DNA of 63,717 nucleotides, counting the filler, from Trichosphaerium sp. ATCC 40318 (lineage: Eukaryota > Protista > Tubulinea), in NCBI GenBank assembly GCA_038496445.1. It is 4 parts of 4 records of this genome, joined end to end, with 100 filler letters (N's around TTAATTAATTAA, not from the genome) between each part and the next. Parts side by side here need not be neighbours in the genome. Positions count along the whole stretch, not along the records: positions 21,634 to 40,823 come from JALMLS010000221.1; positions 40,924 to 58,636 come from JALMLS010000153.1; 2 more parts are not named here. The stretch is one strand, 5' to 3'. The position numbers and the translations under genes were made by a program. Position 1 is the first letter of the stretch. Every line of letters starts with the position of its first letter. Of the stretch, positions 35,397 to 51,157 are shown piece by piece. Below the pieces are notes generated by a model. The model was given only the letters and a program-made list of their open reading frames with translations, did no database searches and was not told where the DNA came from.

Positions 35397-37917
35397 ATGA
35401 TTCGCATCACGTTAGTTTGTGCTGTTCTACTTTTAGCTGTACAGGCACACAGAGTCTCATTTGAAACTGGTGCTAGAGAAAGCGAGCATTGGGAACGCGG
35501 ACGTACGTTTATATCACTAAGCAATCCATAACCAGTGTAACAGAACGTGGAAAGCCAACCGAAACGTTGGAGTTTGTTATTGCTCTGAAACAACAGAACG
35601 TACAACAACTAGAGGCCATGTTCTGGGATGTCAGCAACCCTAAATCGTCAAATTACGCTAAATACCTTACTTTGGACGAGGTTCACGCTATGCTTGCCCC
35701 AAAACCTGAGGCTGTAAGCACAGTAACTACCTGGTACATATTTTGATACTTGAAAGTGAAAACCCAAAACTTGCTTTTATGAGATGATTTTTGTTCAAAA
35801 CCAATTGTAGCGCTAAAATTTTAGCGCTGCTAACTACACAAAACAATTAGCATTAACGATCGTTTCATTTTACAGAACGCTAACAGCTTTTTTATAGGAT
35901 CAAAAACGCCGCTAATCTCGTTTCTCTTTCGCTTGAAGGTGAATACATTAAAGTGGAAATGTCTCTAGAATCTGCAGAAAGTGTATTTCAAGTAAAGTTC
36001 CATGAGTATACACACAAACGTACTCAAAAGCGTATCATAAGAGCCGTAGATACATACTCTCTACCATCAGAAGTAGCAGGTACTTACTAAAATACCATAA
36101 ACGCCAAAAAGCGTTATTATAATTTTTATCACTAAAAACGACATTTCAGAGCATGTTGATTTGGTCTTTGGTATCAAGCACTACCCAGGTATTAAGCCAC
36201 CAACACAAAAGGCTTCAAAAAGAAGCACAGAAGCATTATACGTCACACCTACTGTTATTCGTCAGCAATATAAGATTGGTGATGCTGCTGGTAAAGCTGC
36301 TAATAATTCCCAAAACGTTGCTCAATTTATTGGCCAATATTATTCCCCTGGTACGTTGTTTGCCTTTGATTCCTATTCTTCTCCATTCTGACTATTGGAA
36401 AGGTGATTTGTCTGAGTTCTTTAGCCTATTCTGGCCTAAATCTACAGGTAACACACCAAAAGTTATCGGCCCAAACAAGTCACCTGCAGGTGTTGAGGTA
36501 AACATTAGAACGGAAAAAAACCGGTTAGGCAAAAAACTCATTGAGTTCTTTGGCTTTTTTGGTTTCCACCATTGTTGTGTGAAGTTTTAATTTGTGTGTA
36601 GGCAAGTCTAGATATTCAATACATCATGAGCGTTGGCCAGGGTGTACCTACAGTATTCTGGTCTAATGAGGTACAACAAAAATTGCTTTTTTTTTTTCCA
36701 AAAAGCTAAAACATTAAAATTAGGGCAGCAACGCTAACCAAGAACCTTTCCTTACTTGGTTGTTGGCTATGGATAAGACAGCAGATGCGCCATTAGTAAA
36801 TTCAGTAAGGTAAGTATAATTTTCGCACTGTTAGTGAAGTGCTAGCGGGTTTTTGTTTTTTCTCTACATTTCTTTTTTTTAATTTTTACAGTTATGGTGA
36901 TACAGAGTCTTCGATCACTTCTCAATACGCCGACCGTGTTGAAGTAGAGTTCAAGAAACAAGGTGTCAGAGGTCTTTCAATCTTATTCGCTTCTGGAGAT
37001 TCTGGAGGTAATTTTTTTTTCTGTCGACTTGCGGACAAGGACAAGTCACGTTTTATTTCTCTTTTACTTATCTTTTGCTTTAGTCGGTGGTTCTACTATT
37101 GGATGCTCCAAGTTTGCTCCTGATTGGCCAGCTACTTCTCCTTCCATCACTGCTGTTGGTGGTAGTACACTTGGTCTTTTCTCAGTAAGAAACTTTTTCT
37201 CTCTTTCTTTGCCCTTACGGTTTTTTTGTTCTAGAGTGTTGAAACTGCAGCTGGGTTATCAAGCGGTGGATTCTCAAACTACTTTGGCCAACCTCCATAT
37301 CAATCCAAACAAGTACAGAGCTACCTAAGGTTAGTACTTTCACAACTTTTCGAGCAGTTTTCCCTTTAAATCGATTGTTATCTCACTAATTCATCTAGCG
37401 GATCAGGCAGTCTCCCAGCAAGCCACTACTATAATGCAACAGGCCGTGGATTCCCAGATGTCGCTGCGCTTGCTGAAGGCTTCGTCATTGTTTACGATCG
37501 TATCACAATGCCAGGCACGTGTTTTGTCCCTTCTGAACACACCATGTGGCTTATACTTGTCTTTAGAGGTCGCTGGAACCAGTTGTGCTTCACCTACATT
37601 CGCTGGTGTTATGTCATTGCTTAATGATTTGCGTCTTCAAGCTGGAAAACCATCCCTTGGTTTCTTGAACCCTATTCTCTACCAACTCGCTGAAGATCAC
37701 CCTGATGCTTTCTTTGATGTTACTTCAGGTAGCAACCCAGGTTGTGGTACTGAAGGATTTGAAGCAAGAAAAGGGTACGACAGAGTAAAATTTTCTTCTT
37801 TTAAAATCCAGAACTTTGTCTCTTTCGTTGATGCTTACTTTTCTTAGTTGGGATCCAGTTACTGGTCTTGGTACTCCTGTCTATGAAGCTATGGCTAAAT
37901 ACGTTCTTTCCTTGTAA
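35397..37917 (+). CDS. Sedolisin/tripeptidyl-peptidase 1-like S53 peptidase
   Basis: Signal peptide, prodomain DVSNPKSSNYAKYLT, EASLDIQY, LFASGDSG, GRGFPDVAA, GTSCASP and WDPVTGLG. Confidence 0.95.
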
Positions 37918-37994
37918 GACTTTTGTAAGAGTAAAGATCCAACAGCTTCAATACCAATTTGAGTTTACGCTTCGCACCTTGTCACTTGAGTCAT

Positions 37995-40823
37995 ATGTTT
38001 GGTTATGCTTCTTTGTACAAAATAGCCTATTTGTTCCGATTTTTTGGCTTAACAAAGTCAAAGTGTGCTGTCTGTCAGCGAAACCGTTACGTGGTGAGTG
38101 CAGTTGTGGTATAGGTCCACGTTATGGCTATAGGTGGTTTACGTTTTGAAATTCATGGCGAGCAGTGCCATTAGACAGCAATTGAGGAATACTACGCGTC
38201 AGAAGACATTATTTGCCGAAAAATCAGCGAGGGAGAGAGAATTGCTCTTAAGAGCTGGAAATGAACCTAAATCGCTTGTTATAAAGGTCAACAAATATAA
38301 GGACATAATATAATGCCATTAACAGATGAGTAGGTTGAAAAAACTGTAAATCTACGTTTTCAAGATCAATGGTACGATGTACGGTGGCAAGATATAATAT
38401 CATGTGGCGGAAAGCAACTTATAAGGTAAACAACGACCGCACAAGGTTATTTGCCATCTCAACTTATAATTTTTTGTTCTAAAGCGAATATGGCCATTCT
38501 CTAGCTCGTTTATTAGGTGGAGTATATCCTAGTGTTGCCTGGAAGCCGTGGTGCTTTGGTACACTTTTTTTTTTATTTCACGTGCAATGACATGTGCGCA
38601 TACTTAGTTTTTTTTCTGTTTTACAGAGGCGTTATTACCTGGCTATTTTGACGATATAAAGACAAGACACTATGTTGCAGATAAGGTACACAATCTTGAT
38701 ATTTCGTATAATTACAGTGGAGGAGCAATTAAAGAATTGCAAGTCAGTTGGCGTTTTTGTTTTTTGATGCCACTGGTTATTGTATATGTTACTCTTTTTA
38801 CGTTGTGATTGACGTATTTTTTGTAAGATTGCTAGAGAACTTTGTGTTAAGACAGCTTCTGATTGGTATAAACAACACCAAGCCGGTATTGAAAAAGTTG
38901 GAGGAACAAAGCTTCTGGCGTGAGTAGTATCATTACTTGAAGATTACTATTTTCGTTTGACATGTTTTTCTTTAGGTATTACGGTGGGAATATGCCAAAA
39001 ATGCTATCAGATATTTATGACTACCCATGGATTCCTTTCCGATTTGGTTAGTATTTAATCACTACTCTACAACGTATTGACAATATATCAAGAACACCTC
39101 AAAGTAGCAAAGGATCATTGGCGAGATAGTCAAAATGTTATAGATTTCATTATAGCAGTGAGTTACCTTTATATTTGTTAGTCTTGTATCAACACATAGA
39201 GTCATACTTTCTAGGCTGAGAGAGAATATAATATTAAAGAAATAAAGGATTGGTATGAAATAAAATCAGAGGCTTTTGCAAGAGCAGGTGGCAGAGGAGT
39301 AATAACGTAAGTTTTTTATGATTACTAAAATATTTTTTCTCACGTGCGTTCATAGTAATTTTTCTAATTCTATGAAATGCGTTTTATCTCATGTATATCC
39401 AGACTTTTTGTGGGTACCTTGGAAATTCAGTACGTAATAACAACTTAACGACCTTTTTTGTTATGAACTAGAAATAGTTTTTTATAAAACAGATTGCTTT
39501 TGTTGATGCTGACCATTGACGATTTCTAGATCGTGTTGGAAAATATTTTTGGCATATATCAGATCACAGGTTAATGTATATAATATATGTAAGTTAAGCT
39601 TGTTATGTGACACTCTTGCAGCAAAGAATCTTCAATTGAGCTTTTCTTGTTTCGAACACCTTTTTTTTTCTTCAAATTTCCCGTGTTTTGTTAATCTCTT
39701 CATTGCAGGTTGAAGACAAACTTGGAATAACTAAACTTGATGATTGGTATAATATTGGATTCAATGTACTCTTTAGTTATGGCGCAGCAGGACTTCTTGA
39801 GTACGACTCTTTTTCTTTTTTTCAATTTTTCAGCTTTGTTGGCTATGTTCACCGACTCTATAGCAATTTTGGATTTTCTATCTGTAAAATGTTAGCTTCT
39901 GTTTATCCAGAACACCCATGGAATTCTGATAGATTCCGAACAAAACCTGGTACGAACTAATCTTTTGTTAAAATTTTTTGCTTTCTACTTTCTTGCTACT
40001 TGTTCTTTTGTTCCTGGTTATCATTCTTTTTCAATAATAGATCGTCCTAGATTATGTTAGAACAAAACCGCGTGGGTACTGGACAAACACTGAAAATGTT
40101 AAAAGATTCCTGTTACATGCGAAGAAAGAATTAAACATTAAATCACAAAAAGAATGGGAACGTGTTTCTGTTGATAATCTAAAAGCTCTTGGTGGTAGTA
40201 GTATTATTTCTTATTGGCCTGCTTGTTTGACTGTACTATATCCTGGTAAAAAAGAGAAGCAAACAACAATTCTTGAAAATAGATCCGAAGGTGCTGAAAA
40301 GCGTGCCAACCAAAGGTACTTTTTTCTGGCTATACCTTTTCGAAAAAATCGACTGAGTGTTACTTTCGTAACAATCCTTATCACGTTTTTCATTGTATTC
40401 TATTTTGTTCGTTTTGTTTTCTCGTTTTATTCTTAAACCCACTTACACAAAAATCACAAGGTGGTTGCTTAGTTGTATTAAAAAACTGTTTCCTTCATAC
40501 GATGTATTTGAAGAGTATGCTCCAGGCCTTGACCATGTTACTTCTGCTAAAGTTACAATGGATATATTCATACCTCAAATAAAGATTGCTTTTGAATATC
40601 AAGGAGAGCAGCACTATGGAGATATACCTCAGCGATTTGGACCAGCAACCATACAAATAGCATGTGACGCGGAGAAAGTATTAAAATGCCGAAGTCATGG
40701 TAATCTATGAAACGACTTTATAAATTTGTTTTCCTTTGTTTGTGAACAATAGGGATAGTACTTAATCTCTTTAGGAATAACACTTATTCCTGTACCATAT
40801 TGGTGGGTACTTGGCGATGTAGA
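37995..40823 (+). CDS. Trp-rich repeat protein (~5 repeats) + intact PD-(D/E)XK-like nuclease; truncated at contig end
   Basis: Basic N-terminus; repeats such as LGITKLDDWYNI...LASVYPEHPWNSDRF; nuclease MDIFIPQIKIAFEYQGEQHYG...DAEKVLKCRSHGITLIPVPYWW. Confidence 0.8.
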
Positions 40824-40923
40824 NNNNNNNNNNNNNNNNNNNNNNNNNNNNNNNNNNNNNNNNNNNNTTAATTAATTAANNNNNNNNNNNNNNNNNNNNN
40901 NNNNNNNNNNNNNNNNNNNNNNN
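40824..40923. other. Artificial contig linker
   Basis: 100-bp N run with TTAATTAATTAA. Confidence 0.97.
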
Positions 40924-40993
40924 GGTGGTATTAAATCAATAGCAGCCCAAACATTTAGTTCTTTTTTTTTTTGTTTGTTTTTTTGAAATTTGT

Positions 40994-43461
<2,468 letters not shown>

Positions 43462-43584
43462 TGTGGTATTGTTTAGCTCTGGAAAGAAGATTCAAACGCT
43501 GCTTAAACGCACTTTTGTTAGACTTATGCCAAAAAGCTAACCGTTTGTTGTTTACACAACTGCCGTAACTGTATAACATAAGCA

Positions 43585-44987
43585 ATGTCTAGTACAATTC
43601 TAGTGAGCGGAGGTAGCGGTTTTATTGGCAAGCGTTTAGTTGCGTCTCTAAAGAACAAAGGACACAGGGTACACATATATGAAAGCGGACTATAACAATC
43701 AGTTAATACGAAACGTACTTACGTAACTGTTCAAATGAAATGTCACAAAAATGACCTTAAAATAGTAAAACCGCTCTATTTCTACCTTTCCAAAACAGTG
43801 AAAGTGACATTTATCATTTCCGCGTTATAAATCGTCAAAAAACAATCTCAAACGTCTTAAATACGTCATAGCGCTTAAAGGCCTTGTAGGTGCTCGTTGT
43901 ATCGCGTAGCGCCAAGAAAGGGGATGTCACATGGGAAACAGTTAACAAAGGAAAAATTCCTGATTGCGACGCAATTATCTCTCTTCAAGGTGCGGGTATT
44001 GTTGACAAGGTATGTTAATGTCCTTCGTATATAGTATAGTTATGGTTAAAAGCTTGGTTTAGAGATGGACAAAGGAGTACAAGAAGGTGTTGATAGACTC
44101 AAGAGTACAGACCACAAAAGCCTTACTGAACGCTGTCAAAAAGTCAAAAAAGAAACCCAAACATTTTATTGCAACTTCGGCTGTTTGGTGCGTAAAGTCT
44201 TTGTTCTGCCTGATGGAGTATTCATAACTATTACAAATATAGCTTCTATCCAACAGAACAAGATGAAGTATATGATGAGACATACGACGGACCACCAGCT
44301 GAGAACTTTGGAGGTTTTTATTAAATTGAAAATCACGTGCATTTGTTAATGCTTTATTAACAGGTAACATGGATTTTCAACTAGAAAATACTGCCTTGAT
44401 TACATCAAAGGATATAAATACACCACTTTCTATTGTTCGCATGGGTGTAACACTAGGTGAAGGAGGAGGTAAGTGTAAAAAGTATTTTTAGTATACCGCT
44501 AATGTTCTTTTCCTGAACAGGACCTTTTTCACTACTTCAGCTTCCTCTTGGTTTGTATGGTGGAAATATTGGTACTGGTAAACACCATGTTCCTTGGATA
44601 CACGTAGGTATGTAATTATATTGATAATTGGTAATAAGCTTACACGGTTAGATGATGCTGTGAGGGTATATGAGCATATTTTAGAAAAAGAAATCAAAGG
44701 CATTGTCAATGCTGTTGCACCAACGCTCACAACAAATAATGACATGTCAAACGCTATAGCAAAACGAGGTAAATGGACAGTACCTACACCATCAGTGATC
44801 ATGAAAGCGGTAATGGGAGAAAGTTCTATACTTGTCACAGAAGGCCAAAAGGTAAAAGTTCAAGTTGTTTTTTTTCCCTTTGATTGTATTTAATGAATTG
44901 TAGATTACGCCAAAACGATTACAGGAGACTAATTTCCCATTTTTGTACCCTACTATAGAACGTGCTATGGAGAATTTAGTAAAATAG
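43585..44987 (+). CDS. Epimerase family protein (SDR39U1/TIGR01777/YfcH-like)
   Basis: ILVSGGSGFIG, RWTKEYKKVLIDSRVQTT, GKIGTGKHHVPWIH, GIVNAVAP and LVTEGQK. Confidence 0.9.
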
Positions 44988-45404
44988 AAATTGCCTTGAT
45001 ACATAAGCTTCTGTCAACACCCTTTTTGAAATTTTATTTGTTTTTTTTTGGGTTTTCTTTATGCACCCATGAAAGTTGTACTGAAGATAGTTAAATTCTT
45101 TTAGTTTACTTAATTTCTCTACATGCTTTAATAAACAGAGCACTCGGTCCTCGTCTTTTAGCAGTTCTAAAAACAAAAGCGTGGATAGCAGTGTCGTTTT
45201 ACCAACCTCACAGCGAAACTACTATGTAAAGATGTATCGTCGTGAGCATATAATGAGCACAGTGCTTATTAGACCTTGGTTTTATATCTAAATTGGCGCA
45301 GGTACTACTTAGTCTAGCGCTCAATAGTATAGCGCCTAAGAGTATTAATTTGGTCAACCTAGATTCTTGAAGGAGTAACTTTTTTTGTGTTTTTAACTAA
45401 CAAG

Positions 45405-47793
45405 ATGCAAAGAATTGCGCTTCAACTTTTCTTTGTAGTTGTTTTTACTGCTTCCTTTGGTTACGCATGGAACGTAACAAATGGCAAATTAATGGATCCA
45501 AACGGAAATCACGTGCGCGTACAAGGCGTTTCTTTATCTTGTACAGAGTTTGACTCTCCTATTGACACCGTACGTTCTTTCCTTTTTTTTCTTTTTGTTG
45601 GTACCCTTTCGGCTCTAACTATCGTACCAGAACGCCGATGGTTCCCTTGTTTGTCCTATGATAGCCAACCGAACGGCTTCACCTTATTTAAAGGAGCTAC
45701 TCAGCTGGAACACTCAAATTATCCGTATTCCCGTAAGTTGGGCTTGTTGTTATTTTTCTTTTGTTTTTTGGTATCATTTCGTTGTTTGACGTGATTTTCG
45801 AAGGTTAACTCACAATGGTACATGTGGGATTTGGATACAGGGTATCCTGCAGGTCCTTCAGGGTGCAAGTTCGCAAGTACATGGGCGGGAAAGCCCTCAC
45901 CTTATGGTACAATACATCAGTGTACATAACAGTTTAGTTCGCTAAAGTATTTTCTTTAGGCGCTTACAGTCCTTCTGGATACAGAGATTGGATAGATGAT
46001 CATGTAAACGCAATAACAGGACTTGGTATGATAGCTATGATTGACTTACATTGGTCAGACATGGCACGTGAATGAACAGTCAATAAATCAGTGTTGATTT
46101 TCTTTTAGGAAGGCACAGCGTGTTGTGATAACGGTGCAGGCGGCTGCTATGCAGGTGAATAACTTATAACAATTCATGAGCGCGTAATTTACTTTTGAAG
46201 GGTGCCAGCAAACTATGGCAGATAGAAAGAGCGTCAAGTTTTGGGAATATGTAGCAAAGGTACAAAAAAATCTTTAGTGCAAACTGTTCATTGACTGTTA
46301 AATAGAAATACAGAAATCGTATGGATGTATGGTTTGAGTTATACAATGAACCAGCTTACTGGCTCCAAAATCGTACGATTTATCGAACTACTGTCAAGGT
46401 TTACTAAATGTTGTTTTTTAGAAGGAGGAACAAATATTCCAACTCTTATGAAAGGTGGAACAATGACAGCATCTTTCAAGGTGAGACTTTTGGATGTACG
46501 ATAATTAACATACACTAGAATGGTTGTCCTGAGTCTCCAGAGACTACTTTCACTTTTGTTGGTATGCAAGACTTATACAACGCAGTTAGAGATACGGTGA
46601 GTATTACAAGTCTTCACGAGCTCATTTTTTTAAATTTCCTTGGTCCAAAATCTCTTTTCACACGTGCTTTTTTAATGTAATTTGAATCGTTTTAAATTCT
46701 TGTGTTTAGAGCAATGCTGATAACATTGTTGTCATTGGTGGCGCTGATTTCAGGCACGCATCAGAATTCTATACGTGGTAGTACATTTATTAATAGTCGT
46801 TGATAATAGTTGGTCTGTAAATGGTATCATTGTTGAACCAAAAAAGCCAGCACCAGGAAAAGAATGGTGTCATAATCAAATATGTCAAGAAGGTTGTGGT
46901 ATTTCTCCAGGAATAGATAACATGGTAAGCTATTAATAACATACAGTCTATTCAACATGAATCTCATTAATTCCACTAGCTTGAGGGTTCACCTCGAGGA
47001 GAAGGATACCCATCACCTCTTTCTTGGTCAAACAAAACTTGGGGATTAAATGTAATTTACGCAACACATCCATACCAAGGCAAAGGTTTGTATTTAGAAA
47101 GTATGTATCAGCTTGAATCACAATAATCTAATAGGCGGCCAGAGGCCTACAAGCGGGGAGGCTTGTAGTGCTTGGGTAGACACTGCAATAAATGGAACTA
47201 GTACGTTGTGTACTGTCGAGTTACTCAGTAACTTATTTGTTTTTAAGATCAGTTGTGCTCCGAGGAATGTGGATGGGAGAAGGCTTTTGGATTCCTTACT
47301 GACTATGCTCCTGTTATAGCAACTGAAATGGGTCCATGGAGCGGTAAGTCAAGAGAAATCGTTATTGGAATTGTTGTTGACTGAGAGTGTTTTCTTGAAG
47401 GCTTTTCTTGTGATGGTTCGTATATTTCTTGTCAATTAGATTGGTTTAAAGGAAAAGGCATATCTAGCACTCCTTGGGCGTACGTAGAACTATAATACAC
47501 CAACCGAAAATAGTTTGAGAGGTCGTAGACGTGTTTTGCTTCTTTTTTAGACAAAAAAAAGTTGTTTCTGACATTATTGTGACATGCCTCAATTACCACG
47601 TGATACCCTTTCACAATTTTTTAAGACGGTTAGTTTGTGTTGACTTGACATGTTCCGTAGGTACTGGGGTAACCATGCTGCTCAATGCAATACTTTCCCT
47701 ACTCTTGTAGACGAAAACTGGAAAGCGAATGGATATGGTGATGCTGTAAAAGCGTATATGACTCAAAGTGCTCCGCCGTATTTAGCTAAATAA
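45405..47793 (+). CDS. Secreted glycoside hydrolase family 5 (cellulase-like)
   Basis: Signal peptide, IIRIP, MIDLHW, WFELYNEP (acid/base), YATHPY and VIATEMG (nucleophile). Confidence 0.88.
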
Positions 47794-47949
47794 ATACCAA
47801 TCCTCTTAACATGTGTACTAATGTTTCTGACACAAAAATTAAAGCATTTACTTGCCAATGGTTATTGGCGAGAATCCTAGCATTTGGCTATACTGAGAGG
47901 AAGTTAAGAAATACCTAACTACGCTTTATTGTGACTTTATGTTATTCCG

Positions 47950-50900
47950 AGAAGTTAAGTATTATCAATAGTCCTTTACAGTATTAGCACCTATATATTT
48001 GCCATTGAATATAATTGTATGAGCACCAGTATATGCTTTGACGCCTTCATCTGTTAATGCAACATTGCGAATAAGGTATTTCAGCATTGGCTGGAGTTCA
48101 TACTATAAAGAGGGAAGACACAGTTACTGATTCAGGTATTCTTGCTATTGCTTAAGGTATACATACACTTGATATTCCAGTTACAAATGCAACAGTTTAT
48201 TTCTGGTAGTGCCTTGGACTTACAATCAATCAGGTTATATTTCGAAATTCAGAGTAGATTTACAATTAATCATTATCGACTAATACAGACCTTCCTGCAG
48301 TTTGTTTTAAGAAATAACAATGTCATGGGTTTTTTTTATTGTTCAAAAAATCTTATCTACTTTATTGTTACGCTCTCTTCAAGACTTTTTTGAAGTTACT
48401 AATACAGGTGCAATACAAGGGCCAATTATAGCTATCCAATCATCAAAGTTTGGAGCTTGTGACGATAGACCGTCGACCTCAAGCCAACCACTTTCAAAAA
48501 AAAAGTCAGAAGCAAATCCAAAAAACCAGTCGCGGTTTCTTTGTTTAAACGCACGTGAGTGTAAATCCAGGATCACTTCCTAGCTGTCTTTCTATTACAA
48601 AAGCTCTAGAAGGTGGAGCTAAAAAGTCATATAGTCAGAACAAACAACATAGAAACGGCTGACGTACAAGATCGAGCTACAGTCAACTCAAACTCTTGAC
48701 CAGTGGAAGATACCCTATTGCGTGATTACTCGAGTTTATCACTAAGGTAAGGTCGTACTTTATAGTACCACGCGAAATACGCTCATTTGGATTCTCCACA
48801 GCTGTTGCAATGCCAGTACTTGGAACCCTTCGAACAAACCTATTTTGAAGAAAAAAAAGAGAATGAGACTGCTAAGTCGTTTTTGCATGGTATTTTAATT
48901 TGTAAGTACCTGTACGTGAAGTCTACCTCATACTTTGCGAAGTTGGAAGGATCATTTATTGGGAATCCACGAACTGTACCGAAAATACGAATAGTATCAA
49001 TACCATCGTAAGATATAAGAAGGTTGTTATCTTCACATGAAAAAACAACTTGCTACAAAAACACCGTTACATCAGCATAGAGACTTCTATTAGGATCTTA
49101 TTATGAAATATATAAGTACCATGTCTGTAGGGAATAAAGGAAGTGCATCCAATCGAAGACAGTATTCAGGTGGAGCTAATAACACGTTTAATTCTTTGAA
49201 CGAAAAAACGTGTTTCAAAAGGTGTTTCATTTGTTGCTTAGTCACAAACATAGATTGTACCTAAATCTCCTCTAGGATGATTTTCTAGTATCCATGTACC
49301 TCTGCGATTCAAATCATCACTTAAAAAAGCTGTTAGAGAACCAAGAAATCCCAGAAAAAAACCGAAAAAAAAAAGCATTTGAGAACTTTTGTGAACACGT
49401 GATATTTTCTTAAACGCGTACGCTGAAAAACGTTCAGATATTACACATTGGTCTATTTCAACAACATCAACTATTGTTGCGTTCGGACAAGTACACCTTA
49501 AATCACCTTCTCTGTTGAAACTACTAGTCAAAACGGGTACTGAATCAAAAGGTGTTGTGAATAACTCTCCTTGTAATGAGAGTTGCCCAGGTGCTATCAA
49601 TCGAAGATGGAATGTTATCGTAACATCCTCTCCATCAGCCATAGGTCCAATAGCGATCCATATTTGATCATCCGAAGGTGCATTTCCAAGCTTGATTTCT
49701 CCCTATTGGTGAAAATGAGAAGGTTTCGTTTCAGTTTTTTTTCTTGTTGGAATTTCTTCTGAGCACGTGCCTTTGAAGTGATTACAGATCCTGTTTCTAA
49801 AACAGCAATAGATGTATCGAAAGGTGGATGAAAGAAAGCAACGTCATCAACACCAAGATTAGGAACAGAAATTGGATTAAAGACGACAACCTCAACAAGC
49901 AATAGATCGCCTTTTGATACAGAAAGTAAGAAAAAAAACCGTCACGAGTTTTGATCTTAAAATAACTTACCAACTGATGGCCCTGTTGGTGCTGTATCTG
50001 ATATAACATCTGTAAATAAAAGAGCTTCGATAGTTGGTACAACACAGAATTGAGAAATCGTCACATCAACCTCTACAGTCAAAAAAAAAAACCAGTTAAT
50101 ATTTCAATAATTGATTATGTGCATTCTTGTTAACTACTCGAAGAAATTATACAGGTTTGATTTTTCAAGGCGCCATAGGTGAAGAAACTACTAAAATAAA
50201 AGTGGAAACAAGAGTCTTAGAGTGGATTACGCTAAGCGAGGTTCTGTAAGAACGAAAAGCGTAAAATCTACTCTGAGAACTGCACAGCTCCACGCAAGCA
50301 TTTTAAGGCATTTGATAGAAAATAAGAACCAGCGAAGGTGATAAAGTGTACCTGGGTCCATATCCACTCGGAACACTAATTGAGTAACGTTTCGATAAGC
50401 AGTGATGAGATTTGGTACAAACGGAATTATAACTTCCGCTATACCAGGAGCAACCATCTCTAAGCGTGTAGAACTTTGTATTAACCCTTCAGCTATTGTT
50501 GTGACATCGAAATCGAACGTTACAGCCAAATCATTAGCCCGAACAACCACCAAAAAAGCGTCTAATTAGCGCTTAGTTAATTGTCAAAAAAATTACCTAA
50601 TTGAGGCGTTTACACGTGTATTTACGTTGTCACGTGATTTTTTTCTACAAACATATACTTATTAACTGCGTACCTCCGTTATTAAATAAATCAGCGTTCA
50701 GTCCCTCAGCGTCATTAAGAGCATCACCATCAGCGCCATCGTATACAATTTCAATAGCACCTGCTGTCCTCGCGCCGTTCTCAAAGAATAGATCTCCTGT
50801 TCTCACCATAGCTGTTACGGGCCTCGTACCCATTGATGGTAATAAACGCATGTCTCGCTCTCCACCAAATATGGTTCCAACTACAGCTGTTGTTGTAACT

Positions 50901-51157
50901 TCGAATGGACCATCTGGCCTCCTTAGTCCTTTTATAAAAGTAAATTAAAACAAAAACAACTTTATTGTTGTTTTTGAAAAAAAACTATTTCCGAAGCTTC
51001 TTTGAGATCACGTGATATTATTACGCTACATCAAATACTAACCAGGTAATTCTGTATCGAGAAAATCATCTAAGATTGTATCTCGAGCGGCTATAAGGTG
51101 TAAAAACGCAACCAAACATATTATGGCCAAATTAGTGCGACATGCAGGCTTTGGCAT
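47950..51157 (-). CDS. Secreted multi-domain protein with DUF11-like Ig fold and Cys-containing C-terminus (3' end approximate)
   Basis: Signal peptide (LAIICLVAFLHLIAA), MFGGERDMRL...EIVYDGADG...GLNADL domain, and DUF11-like IWIAIGPMADGEDVTITFHLRL. Confidence 0.55.
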
